Positions 63,765 to 64,000 of a stretch of DNA of 64,000 bases are shown piece after piece. Source of the stretch: Mobula hypostoma (lineage: Eukaryota); assembly GCF_963921235.1 (NCBI RefSeq), contig NC_086108.1, positions 22,072,001 to 22,136,000 of the forward strand. Reading direction: 5' to 3'. Position numbers and translations under genes: made by a program. Within the stretch, counting starts at the first letter, position 1. Each line of letters starts with the position of its first letter. The notes under the pieces were generated by a model. That model did no database searches. It was not told where the DNA came from and worked only from the letters and a program-made list of their open reading frames with translations.

Positions 63765-63918
63765 GTCTCGTGCTTTACCAAAATTGAAAGAATCTCATTC
63801 GCATGAATCCCTGCTGAGCCCTAGCAGTGCAATCGAGACATTGGAATTAAGCATGGAGCAGGATGTCTTTATTAAACCTTTGCACAGTAGTATCCTGGGG
63901 CAAGACTTCTGCTTTGAG
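63765..63918 (+). CDS. RASAL2: Next coding exon of the same RasGAP gene (PH domain)
   Basis: Acceptor ttctttgcag|G. Reads (R)[51 protein letters not shown]. Donor GAG|gtacag at 63919. Phase-compatible with the exon ending 29095 (CG+G = Arg). Confidence 0.92.
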
Positions 63919-64000
63919 GTACAGTTTTATCATCTAACTAGGTTTTATCTGGGATCAGAAGTATGGTGCATTTTATAAGGCTACGAATGACTCAGAATTA

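Noticed and set aside
63673..63978. 101-aa ORF as a standalone gene
   Set aside because: Only 63765-63918 is exon; the flanks are intronic read-through beyond clear splice sites.

Overview
Vertebrate genomic DNA, heavily filled with transposons; the repeat repertoire suggests a cartilaginous fish, probably a ray (inference). The window lies inside a + strand SynGAP/DAB2IP/RASAL2-family RasGAP gene, best matching RASAL2. Two clear coding exons (28977-29095 and 63765-63918) flank a ~34.7 kb phase-2 intron. A candidate unannotated alternative first coding exon (60225-60445) sits in a TE-poor island within that intron. The rest is mostly mobile DNA: CR1 LINEs (one with a near-complete ORF2), Neptune-type Penelope-like elements (PLEs), Rex1/Babar and RTE fragments, Tc1 and Tigger/pogo transposons, tRNA-derived SINEs, a solo LTR and a 6-bp-TSD non-autonomous DNA element. 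The most distinctive system is the PLE family. Its 3' ends carry a minimal type I hammerhead ribozyme motif (CUGAnGA...GAAAC-NUH). Three independent insertions of about 0.23, 1.8 and 3.3 kb share one fold-back architecture: TSD, inverted arm lacking the last ~35-40 nt, direct arm with the full end, TSD. Most short ORFs in the supplied track are TE-derived or antisense noise. All calls were made by eye, without database searches.
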